From the IMG/VR virus record IMGVR_UViG_3300047557_004430: 64,000 nt of DNA. One strand, given 5' to 3'. The position numbers and the translations under genes were made by a program. The notes beneath the pieces are model-generated. The model did no database searches and was not told the DNA's origin. It was given only the letters and a program-made list of their open reading frames with translations. This DNA is from a virus. Of this stretch, positions 37,563-47,476 are shown in pieces; the first letter of the stretch is position 1, and every line of letters starts with the position of its first letter.

Positions 37563-38771
37563 ATGAAAAAAGATGCTTCAAAAGATTTCAAAGCTGCTGT
37601 GGATAAAGCATTCACAACACAACCTAACGTAAAGTTAAATTCATCTACCATGAAAGATGCGATGAATCTAAAACAACAGTTTAAAGAACAGGAAGAATTA
37701 GAAGGAGGTGTTGGTGATAAAATGACTCTGAGACAAATTGCCAACAAACATGGTGTGAGTTTGTGGGATTTGGTTAGTCAATTCGACTTAGGGGTTGAAG
37801 TTGAAAGAGAGCATACAAATGATTTGAAAAAAGCCATGGAAATTGCAGTCGACCATTTAACCGAGGACCCAAAATACTACCAAAAACTCAATAAAATTGA
37901 AAAGAATGTAGAACCAAAAGTAAGTGCAAAAAAACAATTCGCTCAAGACTTACAACAAGATAAAGATTTCCTTGATTTCAAAAAAAGAGCTAAGTACAAA
38001 GAAGGTTACAAAGATTTCAATTTCGGAACTCCAAACGTTTCACACGATGACCCATATATTAAAAAAAGAAAATGGAGTAGACCTGGTAAAGAAGAAACAT
38101 TCGAGAACATAGATAAAGAGTTGAAAGGTAACGATAAGGATATGGTAAACGGAATCATTGAAATTCTAAATCAAATTGAAGATAAAGAAAACAGGATGAA
38201 GGTTGCCAAAAACATGATTCAAAAATTTAAGAAAGAAGGAATTAAGTTTGACTACAATGATTTCTTTCAAAAAAGTGATTTGAATAAAAAGGCTGAAACC
38301 AAAGAAGCGACAGGTTCAGGTTCATCAGGAGCCTTTGTTGGACCGATTGCATTCAAAGATAGCGAGTTTTTGAGGAACAGTTTCAAGGAAACACCTAAAC
38401 TGAAGGAAGGATTAGCCACGAATGCGATGGGTCTTCACGGTGTAGAGAAAGCAGAAACAAAAGAGGCAACTGGTTCAGGTTCGGTAGGAGGATATGAATC
38501 ACCATCAATGTGGGCTAAATCAACAAAAAAGAAAGATTGGGGTCCAAGTAGAAAAACACAAGTCCCTGGTGGCTCTTTTGTTAAAGTCAAAAAAAAGTGT
38601 ACGAAGTTCCCTTACTGTAACCAAGGTGATATTAATGCACTTATTTTAAGTAAAAATGAATCTGTAAAAGAAGCAGTACGTTCTATCTCCAAGAAATATA
38701 ATGTATCGGAAAACGTTATAATATCAATTTTGGAGCATGAGTATTTCAAACTCAATAAAAGAGGAAAATAA
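37563..38771 (+). CDS. Probable internal head protein with DUF5661-like module
   Basis: LGVEVEREHTNDLKKAMEIAVDHLTEDPKYY; duplicated ETKEATGSGS; ATG 37563. Confidence 0.55.
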   Translation: MKKDASKDFKAAVDKAFTTQPNVKLNSSTMKDAMNLKQQFKEQEELEGGVGDKMTLRQIANKHGVSLWDLVSQFDLGVEVEREHTNDLKKAMEIAVDHLTEDPKYYQKLNKIEKNVEPKVSAKKQFAQDLQQDKDFLDFKKRAKYKEGYKDFNFGTPNVSHDDPYIKKRKWSRPGKEETFENIDKELKGNDKDMVNGIIEILNQIEDKENRMKVAKNMIQKFKKEGIKFDYNDFFQKSDLNKKAETKEATGSGSSGAFVGPIAFKDSEFLRNSFKETPKLKEGLATNAMGLHGVEKAETKEATGSGSVGGYESPSMWAKSTKKKDWGPSRKTQVPGGSFVKVKKKCTKFPYCNQGDINALILSKNESVKEAVRSISKKYNVSENVIISILEHEYFKLNKRGK

Positions 38772-38774
38772 TGA

Positions 38775-38782
38775 TATTTATA
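38775..38782 (+). promoter_or_regulatory. Putative late promoter TATTTATA
   Basis: Upstream of ATG 38797. Confidence 0.6.
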
Positions 38783-38796
38783 TAAAAAACACACAA

Positions 38797-40539
38797 ATGA
38801 GTAAGTTTGAAAAACATATTGATAGTTTAATTACTAAGATTCTCAACGAAGAAATTGAGAGTAAAGTTAAAACAATTTCAGAAGAGATGGGTGAATGGCA
38901 AGAGATTGAAGTTGACGAAGACCTTAAAGGGGGTCAAAAAAAATTAGACGTTGCAGCACCTAAAGGTAAATTAACCGCAGCCGATTTCAAAAAACTTCGT
39001 TCCAAGAAAAAGGAAACTAAAGAATTCTTCTATGATGATGATTCTATCGAGGATGCTGAAGAAAAATCTCAAGACGAACCAACATATGTTGGAAGAGGTT
39101 TGAAAGATAATAAAATCAAAGCTGATTTGAGAAACAGAATCTTTGGTTCTTTCGATGACGAACATGGTTGGTTCGATGATAAGGATAGACAATTTACTGA
39201 TGAATTTGATTTCGATTTTGAAGAAGAAACTTTTCCTGACTTTGACTCATTGATGTCCAAATATGGAGATAAGCAAAGTTGGTTTGCACCTCATGATGGA
39301 CAGAAATTTTTTAAAATCTATCAAGACAAATTTGGAGGTGCTCCATTCAGAGTTAGAAAAATGAAAGACTTGGGGGAAGAAGCAGAAACTGAAGAAGGTA
39401 ATGCGTTCACTGGTGCTTTAGCTAAGGCTAAAGAAAGTGGAAAGGACTCTTTTGAAGTTGATGGGAAGAAATTCAATGTTAAAGAAGGTAAAGGTAAAAA
39501 ATGTGAGAAGTGTGGAATGATTGACTGTAAATGTAATCACAAGAAAGAAACCAAAGAATCGGAGAAAAAATGGATTCAGAAAACAGACATGAAGAAGGGT
39601 GCTTTACATAAAAAATTGAATGTACCTGAAGATGAAAAAATTCCTCAGTCTAAATTAAAGTCTTTGAAAAAAGAATTGATGAAAAAAGCTGAAGGGGAGA
39701 AAAAATTATCTGCTTCAGATTCTAAATTACTTAAACAAGTAAATTTAGCTCTCACACTTAAAGGTATCAAGGAAAGTTCAAATACCATCTCATTCACTGA
39801 AGATGAATTGATTGATTTCATTGAAAATATTGTAGTAGAACAGAAAGTTAAAGATAAGGCTGAAAAGGAAAATATATCAAAGAAAAAACCTGAAGGTTTA
39901 AAGAAGACAGAAAAAGCGTTAGCTGGTTCAAAAAAAGAAAACGAAGACTACGCTAAAGAAGTCGTTAAAAAAATGAAAGATTACGTCAAAAAGGGTTCTA
40001 ACGGTGAATTCAAAGAAAATCCAGAAGAATTTCCTGAAAGTAATTATGACCTTTCGGGAATGAAAGAAAAAACAAAAAAATATCATCCGTCACAAGCGGT
40101 AGATGAGTACATTGAAGCTTTCGCATATCCTGGTCAAACAAATTTAGTATTCGATGAAATTAAACCTGAGGATGAAAAAATCGAGATGTATTTGAAGGGT
40201 AATTCCAAAACAGGAAATGCCGTAAAAGATAAGGATGGTAAAGCTTTAGGTAACGTTGTACCAAGTGAAGTCGGTGAAAAATTCATGAAAAACTATAAGG
40301 ATAATTTGTATGGTGCTGAACAAATGAATACATCTTATAAAAGGCAACCAATGCCCATAGAGACTGCGGGTGAAGAAAAAACACAAGGAGGTCTTTCAAA
40401 ATTCAAAGGGTCTTCAACTAAGAAAGCATCGAGTATTTTTAATAAGTTGGAGTCAGTTGAAGACAAAAAACTTCAAGTGGTTTCAGAGGAGATGAAAAAG
40501 ATGAAAAATCTTATATCCTACAACAGAAAGACACAATAA
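38797..40539 (+). CDS. K/E-rich probable internal head/prohead core protein
   Basis: Late motif; many xxE motifs (ILNEE, ETKE, IKES); LKGGQKKLD..DFKKLR module; ATG 38797. Confidence 0.55.
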   Translation: MSKFEKHIDSLITKILNEEIESKVKTISEEMGEWQEIEVDEDLKGGQKKLDVAAPKGKLTAADFKKLRSKKKETKEFFYDDDSIEDAEEKSQDEPTYVGRGLKDNKIKADLRNRIFGSFDDEHGWFDDKDRQFTDEFDFDFEEETFPDFDSLMSKYGDKQSWFAPHDGQKFFKIYQDKFGGAPFRVRKMKDLGEEAETEEGNAFTGALAKAKESGKDSFEVDGKKFNVKEGKGKKCEKCGMIDCKCNHKKETKESEKKWIQKTDMKKGALHKKLNVPEDEKIPQSKLKSLKKELMKKAEGEKKLSASDSKLLKQVNLALTLKGIKESSNTISFTEDELIDFIENIVVEQKVKDKAEKENISKKKPEGLKKTEKALAGSKKENEDYAKEVVKKMKDYVKKGSNGEFKENPEEFPESNYDLSGMKEKTKKYHPSQAVDEYIEAFAYPGQTNLVFDEIKPEDEKIEMYLKGNSKTGNAVKDKDGKALGNVVPSEVGEKFMKNYKDNLYGAEQMNTSYKRQPMPIETAGEEKTQGGLSKFKGSSTKKASSIFNKLESVEDKKLQVVSEEMKKMKNLISYNRKTQ

Positions 40540-40579
40540 AAATTCACAAATTTATAATTTCAATTATTATTCTCCATAG

Positions 40580-41047
40580 ATGACTTCTATGGAGAATTTT
40601 TTTAATTGGATGTCCAAGACAATCCCAGATGAGGAGGTTTTGGTTTGGTTCAATGTGCATAACATGAACTACGAAAAGATTGAGTTGTTTGGGGATATAT
40701 TCAAATCACTCAATCAAACAATTGTGGACACATATATGGGTGAATCGGAGGGTGAAACTAAAATTTCACTAACCCCTGAAGACAAAGAAAATCACTTTGA
40801 GTGGTGTTGGAATACCTTAATTAAGAACTTCAAAAAAGAAGAAATTCATATTAAGTCGAATGGTGAACATAAGGAGTATTTCAAGCAATTCTTTTTGGAC
40901 AGTTTCTATAACCAGTCACAAGAAAATGTAAGAATATCAATACCAGAATTCTTGAATGATGTCTTTGATGTAGAAAAACCATTTTCGAAATCCGACTTAG
41001 ATATTTTAACAGAATTATACAAACTTATTGAGAAGAACATGGAGTAA
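40580..41047 (+). CDS. Hypothetical protein
   Basis: 155-aa ORF. Confidence 0.65.
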   Translation: MTSMENFFNWMSKTIPDEEVLVWFNVHNMNYEKIELFGDIFKSLNQTIVDTYMGESEGETKISLTPEDKENHFEWCWNTLIKNFKKEEIHIKSNGEHKEYFKQFFLDSFYNQSQENVRISIPEFLNDVFDVEKPFSKSDLDILTELYKLIEKNME

Positions 41048-41086
41048 AAAAAACCTTGTTTTTATTTACACCAGAACAAAAAAAGT

Positions 41087-41094
41087 TAAGTTTG
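41087..41094 (+). promoter_or_regulatory. Bacteroidota-type -7 box TAAGTTTG
   Basis: Upstream of ATG 41129. Confidence 0.45.
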
Positions 41095-41128
41095 TAGAAT
41101 AAATAAACTTTTTTCAATAACTCGAAAA

Positions 41129-41311
41129 ATGGAAACATTAGAACAAATCAAAGAAATGGCTGAAGTGTTATCTGTTGATACCACAAAGTTTTTCAAAGGA
41201 AACAAGAGTGCTGGAACAAGAGCAAGAAAAACTGCACAAGAATTGAAAGCTCTTCTCCAAAAATTAAGAGGTGAAATCCTTGAGCACAAAAAGACTGAGA
41301 CTAATGCATAA
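41129..41311 (+). CDS. Histone H1-like (Hc1-family) nucleoid protein, Bacteroidota type
   Basis: DTTKFFKGNKSAGTRARKTAQELKAL. Confidence 0.75.
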   Translation: METLEQIKEMAEVLSVDTTKFFKGNKSAGTRARKTAQELKALLQKLRGEILEHKKTETNA

Positions 41312-41492
41312 TATTGAAACGATATATTTGTTTATATTTGTTTTTACAATATTAGTAACATTAAGAAATGTCGCAAGGTTTATAAGTGCCCTGTTACAAA
41401 AAGAACCAAAACCTTTGGTTTACAGTAACAGGGAACTTATCCTTTTTGGTTTATCGTTGAGTTATATTATCACTTACATTTTAACACTATGA
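41304..41492 (+). CDS. Small two-TM membrane protein
   Basis: ATG 41304; two hydrophobic segments. Confidence 0.65.
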   Translation: MHNIETIYLFIFVFTILVTLRNVARFISALLQKEPKPLVYSNRELILFGLSLSYIITYILTL

Positions 41493-41920
41493 GTTTTTAC
41501 AAAGAAATAGCCAGTTTTGGGGAATACATTCATTCAATCAGAAGATTAAAAGATTATATATCATTTGACCTCAAATTCCCTTCCAAGTGGAGTCTACCAA
41601 AATCATTGGTCGATGAGAGTCAAGTTGTACCCTTTGATGCTGAAGACCAAAATTTCAAGGGGATATCATTCGTTACTGAGTTCAACGAAAGTTCAATCAA
41701 CAATATCCTCACAAAAGTTTTGAAAATTATCAAGATGAATAAAGAAAGAGAGATAAAGGAAAAACTATTCAAACAAACAATTGAGCAACTAAAGGATACT
41801 TTTGAAAAGAACGATTTAGATAAATTAAAAACCCTTTATTTTGATTTCGAGATAGAGGATACAGATTTAAATATTAGTGATGAGTCAGAGAACGGAGAAA
41901 ATACTGAATTGGCTCAGTAG
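41489..41920 (+). CDS. Hypothetical protein
   Basis: 143-aa ORF. Confidence 0.65.
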   Translation: MSFYKEIASFGEYIHSIRRLKDYISFDLKFPSKWSLPKSLVDESQVVPFDAEDQNFKGISFVTEFNESSINNILTKVLKIIKMNKEREIKEKLFKQTIEQLKDTFEKNDLDKLKTLYFDFEIEDTDLNISDESENGENTELAQ

Positions 41921-42068
41921 TGAGAAAAATAAAGACCAACGTCAGTTAGAGAAAGAAAAAGAACTTTTCATCAAACAAATAAAAAAACTGAAAAAAGATG
42001 ATTTTTTCCCTAAACCAAAAAAACTTAGTTTATGGCAGAAAATAAAAATACTAATATCGGGGATTTAG
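41880..42068 (+). CDS. Small basic hypothetical protein
   Basis: Overlapping ORF in operon. Confidence 0.55.
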   Translation: MSQRTEKILNWLSSEKNKDQRQLEKEKELFIKQIKKLKKDDFFPKPKKLSLWQKIKILISGI

Positions 42069-42262
42069 AAAAATTGGCACTTATTGCTGAATCAGTCCAA
42101 TCAATTTACAAGGGTAAGGCTACCGTTGTGTTTGAATTGGAGAGTGACGAGTACAAGTCGGTCATAAATCATTTCAGAGAGATTGATAGACATCACAAAA
42201 GATTTTCAATCGATGTATCAGGGACTGAGTTCCACTTTTTACTTACTGAGGAAGAGAAGTAA
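42032..42262 (+). CDS. Hypothetical protein
   Basis: 76-aa ORF. Confidence 0.55.
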   Translation: MAENKNTNIGDLEKLALIAESVQSIYKGKATVVFELESDEYKSVINHFREIDRHHKRFSIDVSGTEFHFLLTEEEK

Positions 42263-42881
42263 ATTTTCTATAAAGGATTTTTTTATCGAATCCGTTGGAT
42301 TCCAACAAACTATAAAGATATTTTTTTTGAGGGGTAGAGCTGTCTTTCACAAATAGACAATCACCCCTCTTTATTTTATGAAAGTGAGACGAGACGCACT
42401 CTATAAATCTTATAGATTCTTCTTCAGACTTTAGAGTAAAAAGACTGAATTTTTCATCATCCTGAACTACAACTTTATTATTCAAAGAATAAATCATTTT
42501 GATTCCATCACCCTTCAAGTATTTTTTTACAAATTCATCAACGAATATTTTTCTTTTTGTTTGTAAGTCAAAAATAGATTCAGGTTTTTTGTAAGGAGAT
42601 ATGAGAATTAAAGTCATCCCCTTTTCATCCAATTTCACTTTCAGAAATCTCCCGAGGTCATCGGTTAGATAAACAGGCTCTTTTTGTTCTGAACTCATGT
42701 GGACGATTCCCAATTCGTATGAGGTGAGTTTACCCGACTCAACTTGAACATCAAAAATAACTTCATCAGATTCTTTCATCTTCGATTTAAAAAAAGAATG
42801 TGCCTTCTGTGCTGTAATAAACTTGTTTATTATTTTCTTCTTTTTTTTATCCTTGAAGAGTACAACCGAATAGTTCGCCAT
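42243..42881 (-). CDS. Hypothetical protein
   Basis: 212-aa ORF on the minus strand. Confidence 0.65.
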   Translation of the reverse strand: MANYSVVLFKDKKKKKIINKFITAQKAHSFFKSKMKESDEVIFDVQVESGKLTSYELGIVHMSSEQKEPVYLTDDLGRFLKVKLDEKGMTLILISPYKKPESIFDLQTKRKIFVDEFVKKYLKGDGIKMIYSLNNKVVVQDDEKFSLFTLKSEEESIRFIECVSSHFHKIKRGDCLFVKDSSTPQKKYLYSLLESNGFDKKILYRKFTSLPQ

Positions 42882-42883
42882 AT

Positions 42884-43801
42884 ATGAAAAATTACTATAA
42901 AATTTTAGAAGTTGAAGAGAATGCGTCAGAAGATGAAATCAAAAAGAGTTATAGAAACCTTTCGAAAAAATTTCATCCAGATATAAATCCTAATGGTGCT
43001 GAACAATTTAAAGAAATTAATGAAGCTTACGAAGTTCTAGGAGACAAAGAAAAGAAACAAACTTATGACTTCAAAAGAAAAAACCCGTATCAGGGGAGTC
43101 AGTTTGAAAACCTCTTTGATTCTATTTTTAATAGAAATCAACAACAAAATCCACGTAGAAAACAAGCACCAGATAAGATTATTAAACTTCAAATATCGCC
43201 TTTAGAGTCATTTTTGGGTTCAGAAAAAGATATTCAATATTCACGGGATTTACCATGTAATTCTTGTAAAGGTTCAGGTGGGGATAGAGTTGTTTGTACT
43301 AGTTGTGGTGGTCAGGGTTTTCATGTTAAAACATTTGGTACAGGGTTTATGGTACAACAAATCAGGACTGTTTGTGGTACATGTAATGGACAGGGTTATA
43401 TGATAACTGAAAGGTGTTATTTATGTGGAGGTCGTGGAACAAGTCAAACAGTTAATGAAATTAGAATTCGAATACCTGTTAATGCAGATAATGGTCAATT
43501 CTTGAAACTACAAAATTTGGGGGATTTCAAAAATGGTGATATTGGCGACTTGGTTATTCAAATTGAGTTGATTCCTAAAGATGGTTTTGAAAAAATGGGG
43601 AATGATTTAATTTATAATTATTTTTTGGATTTGAGTGGACTAACTCAAGAAAAATATATAATTCCTCACCCAGAGGGTAACCTGAGTATGGATGCTCCGA
43701 AAATATTTGATACTTCAAGACCGTTAAGGCTTAGAGGTAAAGGATATTCAGGTGGAGATATGTATGTTAAACTTAACGTTAAATTCCAAAGACCAATCTG
43801 A
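42884..43801 (+). CDS. dnaJ: DnaJ co-chaperone with zinc finger
   Basis: NYYKILEV..FHPDIN J domain; four CxxCxGxG repeats; C-terminal domain. Confidence 0.92.
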   Translation: MKNYYKILEVEENASEDEIKKSYRNLSKKFHPDINPNGAEQFKEINEAYEVLGDKEKKQTYDFKRKNPYQGSQFENLFDSIFNRNQQQNPRRKQAPDKIIKLQISPLESFLGSEKDIQYSRDLPCNSCKGSGGDRVVCTSCGGQGFHVKTFGTGFMVQQIRTVCGTCNGQGYMITERCYLCGGRGTSQTVNEIRIRIPVNADNGQFLKLQNLGDFKNGDIGDLVIQIELIPKDGFEKMGNDLIYNYFLDLSGLTQEKYIIPHPEGNLSMDAPKIFDTSRPLRLRGKGYSGGDMYVKLNVKFQRPI

Positions 43802-43943
43802 GATATTCAGTTAGTTGTCTAACTAAAATAATAGTACCGTAAATTGAGGTTCCGAGAACCCAAAAACCAAAAGCAGCGGTAGCCCACTGTTTAAAGTTGG
43901 TATTTTTTTGTTTACATTTTTTACAACCTTGTTCTTCAGACAT
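43779..43943 (-). CDS. Small membrane protein (54 aa, MSEEQGCKKCKQK...)
   Basis: Manual translation; CxxC plus TM segment. Confidence 0.5.
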   Translation of the reverse strand: MSEEQGCKKCKQKNTNFKQWATAAFGFWVLGTSIYGTIILVRQLTEYLRLVFGI

Positions 43944-43950
43944 ATTTATA
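43943..43950 (+). promoter_or_regulatory. Putative late promoter TATTTATA
   Basis: 3 nt before ATG 43954. Confidence 0.5.
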
Positions 43951-43953
43951 ATT

Positions 43954-44130
43954 ATGGTTAACGAGCAAATTATTAAGAGAGTTCTTTATCAATATCTTGA
44001 TGAGAAAGAACAAAAGAAATTTAAGAAACCTCGTAAGTATAGTCAATCCTATTGTAAGGCCACCCCATGTTCGAAGATGGGTTTCACACAGAAGGCTTCT
44101 TGTCGTCCCTATAAAAATTGTTATAAGTAA
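43954..44130 (+). CDS. Small Cys/Lys-rich protein
   Basis: MVNEQIIKRVLYQYLDE..YCKATPCSKMGFTQKASC; ATG 43954. Confidence 0.65.
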   Translation: MVNEQIIKRVLYQYLDEKEQKKFKKPRKYSQSYCKATPCSKMGFTQKASCRPYKNCYK

Positions 44131-44166
44131 ATTTGCTTTTTTTGTTTTTTTTACTATTATTAACTT

Positions 44167-45006
44167 ATGTTAAGTTATATAGGTGGAAAATCAAAAATCG
44201 GTAAATGGATAGTGGATTACTATCTCAGAGACATGGAAACGTATGTAGAAACATTCGGTGGAATGTTTTGGTGTTTCTTTAATATGGACTTGGGACAATT
44301 CCCAAATCTAAAGAGAGTTGTCTACAATGACTTCAATCCTCTAAATTACAATCTGTTTCAATGTGTTCAGAATCCATCTGAACTACAAAGAGCGCTTGAC
44401 GCAATACCAGTACAACAACGTGGGGTATATGTGACTGATTTTAGTTACAAAGATAGGTTTAGAGAGTATCAGACAGAACTATTTTCATCAGGATTCACCA
44501 TAAATTATCCTGATTATGAAGTTGCTGCGAAATACGTTTACGTTGTGACCCAAGTATTCAGTGGTAGTAAACCTGAAACATCATCATTCATAGACCTAAA
44601 GGGGGAATACCGTTCAAAGTATCTTACATTTAGAGATAAGCTTTCTAAACCAAGTTGGGTTGAACATTTTACCAAAATCTCACATGTAGAAAATATGGAT
44701 TTTCAAGAGGTAATTGAAAAGTATGACTCACCTTCGACTTATATCTACTTAGACCCACCTTATTGGAAAACTGAAAACTATTATTCTAACCACGATTTTG
44801 ATAGGGCTGACCACGAAAGACTTGCAAACTGTCTCAATTCTGTTCAAAGTAAATTTAGTCTATCATATTATGATTTTGATTTATTACACGACTGGTACCC
44901 CGAAGATAGATTCAGATGGGAGAAAAAAGAATTTGCTAAAGCGGCAGCGGCAAAAAAAGGTGTAAAACAAAATATGGGCGAAGAGCTTTTGATATTGAAT
45001 TATTAG
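44167..45006 (+). CDS. dam: Dam-family DNA adenine methyltransferase
   Basis: YIGGKSK, YVETFGG, VVYNDFN, IYLDPPY. Confidence 0.9.
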   Translation: MLSYIGGKSKIGKWIVDYYLRDMETYVETFGGMFWCFFNMDLGQFPNLKRVVYNDFNPLNYNLFQCVQNPSELQRALDAIPVQQRGVYVTDFSYKDRFREYQTELFSSGFTINYPDYEVAAKYVYVVTQVFSGSKPETSSFIDLKGEYRSKYLTFRDKLSKPSWVEHFTKISHVENMDFQEVIEKYDSPSTYIYLDPPYWKTENYYSNHDFDRADHERLANCLNSVQSKFSLSYYDFDLLHDWYPEDRFRWEKKEFAKAAAAKKGVKQNMGEELLILNY

Positions 45007-45026
45007 TTATTTTTGTCTCAACAATA

Positions 45027-45034
45027 TATTTATA
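45027..45034 (+). promoter_or_regulatory. Putative late promoter TATTTATA
   Basis: Upstream of ATG 45051. Confidence 0.6.
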
Positions 45035-45050
45035 ATAAAATTCACGGTAG

Positions 45051-46370
45051 ATGAAATTTACATCAATTTTGAGACAAGTAATTTTAGAGCAGTCGAGGTT
45101 CGAGATTTTGAGAGATGCTCTAACAAAACCCACTACAGATAAGAAGGGTGAAAAACAAAAGCCTAAGATGTCTATCGGTGAGTTTTTGCAATTGGTACAA
45201 GCTGACCCAACCACAAGATTAAACAACGTTGACCCTGAGACTGCTGACTCAAAGGAACTTGCTAAAATCAAAGCTGGTGGATATGTTCAGTGGTTAATCA
45301 AAAACTATTTAAATCCAAGAACGGAAAGAGCTCCTGGTGATACAGGCTACGAAAAAGAAGTTAAGCAAGTCAAAGAAACTTTCATGGAAGACTTGTATAA
45401 AGTCTCTGACGACTTGAAAAAATTCGAAAGATTCAAGGGGAGATTACCGAAAGAAATGAGGGACATCAACAACTTGACTCCAGACCAATTATATGATGCG
45501 GTTAAAGATTTCGATTTAACCTTGGCAACAACTACAAAATCTGAAAGAAAAAGTGCACCTGTTCACCCTGGCGCAAAATTACTTTACGATGGTCAGGATT
45601 GGAGAGTTATTGAAATTGAGAACAAAGGTGCGACAGGTAAAGAAGCGGCTTGTTTCTATGGTGGAAACAACAAAGAAACAAGATGGTGTACTTCGGCTCC
45701 TGGTGCAAGTTGGTTTGATAGATATATCAAAGACGGACCACTTTATGTAATTTTCAATCCTAACGACCCTAAAATTGCTCCTGAGACAGGATTACCTGTT
45801 GAGAGATATCAATTCCATTTCCCATCAGGTCAATTCATGGATAAAGACGACCGTAGTGTTGACCTCATTAAGATGTTGAATGGTCCAATGGCTGAGTTGA
45901 AAACTATATTCAAGCCTGAGTTTGCTAAAGGTCTTACAGTAGGTGGAGAAAAGTTGGTTATTGATAGTTTCAATCATGGTGCTATTGGTAAGTTCATCGG
46001 ACTTTATGGTCTTGATGACCTTATTGATAACTTACCTGAATCACTGAAAGAGTTCCAAATTCAAAACAGAGACAACAAGAACGAAATCAATATCTCAATT
46101 CCTGAATCAATCTCAAGATTCAAAAATCTTCAGATGGTTCTATTAGACAACTGTATTGATAGTGTTCCTGAATCAATTTGTGAATTACCAAAGTTGAAAT
46201 TCTTGGCTCTTATCAACAACCCGAAACTTAAGAGTATTCCTGAGTGTATTGGTAACCTACCTAACTTATTCTTCCTAAATTTAAAGGGAAGTGATAATGT
46301 ACAGGTTCCTGAAAGTATCAAGTCTAAAGGTACTGATATGGGTAATGGAATGTGGGATTTACAAGATTAG
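45051..46370 (+). CDS. Protein with ACFYG..TRWCT domain and C-terminal leucine-rich repeats
   Basis: EAACFYGGNNKETRWCT; IPESISRFKNLQMVLL, VPESICELPKLKFLAL, IPECIGNLPNLFFLNL. Confidence 0.75.
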   Translation: MKFTSILRQVILEQSRFEILRDALTKPTTDKKGEKQKPKMSIGEFLQLVQADPTTRLNNVDPETADSKELAKIKAGGYVQWLIKNYLNPRTERAPGDTGYEKEVKQVKETFMEDLYKVSDDLKKFERFKGRLPKEMRDINNLTPDQLYDAVKDFDLTLATTTKSERKSAPVHPGAKLLYDGQDWRVIEIENKGATGKEAACFYGGNNKETRWCTSAPGASWFDRYIKDGPLYVIFNPNDPKIAPETGLPVERYQFHFPSGQFMDKDDRSVDLIKMLNGPMAELKTIFKPEFAKGLTVGGEKLVIDSFNHGAIGKFIGLYGLDDLIDNLPESLKEFQIQNRDNKNEINISIPESISRFKNLQMVLLDNCIDSVPESICELPKLKFLALINNPKLKSIPECIGNLPNLFFLNLKGSDNVQVPESIKSKGTDMGNGMWDLQD

Positions 46371-46389
46371 TAATCATTAAATTTATTAT

Positions 46390-46668
46390 ATGAGCGTTGA
46401 TGTTGATATCTACATGAATAACATCATCAAGTTCTTCAAACAAAATGAAAAAGACTTATTGAACCTTGTACCAAAACACAAGGAAGATGAGTTTTATAAC
46501 AGAATTCGTGAAGTTGCTTTGGAGAACTTTGAAAATGGTAAGGAAGTCAGTCTTACCAGGGTTCAATTAATTGATGTTTGTAGAGAACTTAATGAAAAGA
46601 AATTAGAACCTGTTGAAATACCAGCAAGTTTCATGAAGACAAAATTTGGTCTTATTTGTTTAAATTAA
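46390..46668 (+). CDS. Hypothetical protein
   Basis: 92-aa ORF. Confidence 0.65.
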   Translation: MSVDVDIYMNNIIKFFKQNEKDLLNLVPKHKEDEFYNRIREVALENFENGKEVSLTRVQLIDVCRELNEKKLEPVEIPASFMKTKFGLICLN

Positions 46669-46669
46669 T

Positions 46670-46701
46670 TTTGGCAGTTTGATTCGAGGTGATTATCTTT
46701 G
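46670..46701 (+). promoter_or_regulatory. Bacteroidota sigma70 promoter TTTG-N20-TATCTTTG
   Basis: TTTG at 46670-73, TATCTTTG at 46694-701, ATG at 46721. Confidence 0.7.
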
Positions 46702-46720
46702 TAATCTAAATCAGTCAAAT

Positions 46721-47476
46721 ATGTTAACACTCGAAACTCTCCGTAATCTAACTCCGTCAGTATTCTCTACGTCTCCATCTCCAAAGATGTCCAACAAGTA
46801 CACCTTCGTTCCTACGATTGAAATTCTTGAAAATTTCGACCGTGAGGGTTGGAAGGTATACTCAGCGAAACAATTGGGTGGTGGTCAGTTCTCAAGCCAC
46901 GAGCTTCGTCTCCGTAACGGTGATTTACCACAGGTTGGTGATTCACTTGTCGAGGCGGTTATCAGAAACTCTCATAATGGTATGAGCACGTTTTCTGTAA
47001 GTGCAGGTCTTTTCCGACTTGTATGTTCTAATGGTCTCACAGTCCCAACTTCAGTTGCGGATGCAATCACTGTGAAGCACATGAAAGTTGATATGGGTGC
47101 TGTTAGAATGATTACAGACGAATTTGCAGACCGTCTCCCTGTTATTCAAAGGTCAGTTGGTCGTATGGAGTCAACCACCCTCAATGAAGAAAGAACTATG
47201 GACCTTTTGTCCAAGGCGTCTTTGATTCGTTGGGAAAAAGGTTCTGTTCCATCGACACTAAAACTAACTGACTTGATTTCTCCTGAGAGAAACGAAGACC
47301 AAGGGAATTCAGTTTGGAAGGTATTCAATGTAATCCAAGAGAAATTTGTTCGTGGAGGTACTCAGTACCAATCCAAGAGAGGTCGATTGGTGACTATGAA
47401 AGAACTCAAAAACTTTCAGAACATCAATAAGATTAACACGAACCTTTGGGAGTTAGCGGAGTCTTACTGTGTTTAA
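46721..47476 (+). CDS. DUF932-family protein
   Basis: NSHNGMSTFSVSAGLFRLVCSNGL, VWKVFNVIQE, LWELAE. Confidence 0.85.
   Translation: MLTLETLRNLTPSVFSTSPSPKMSNKYTFVPTIEILENFDREGWKVYSAKQLGGGQFSSHELRLRNGDLPQVGDSLVEAVIRNSHNGMSTFSVSAGLFRLVCSNGLTVPTSVADAITVKHMKVDMGAVRMITDEFADRLPVIQRSVGRMESTTLNEERTMDLLSKASLIRWEKGSVPSTLKLTDLISPERNEDQGNSVWKVFNVIQEKFVRGGTQYQSKRGRLVTMKELKNFQNINKINTNLWELAESYCV

Noticed and set aside
44167-45006. Restriction-modification system
   Set aside because: Orphan Dam-type methylase with no adjacent endonuclease; common in phages.
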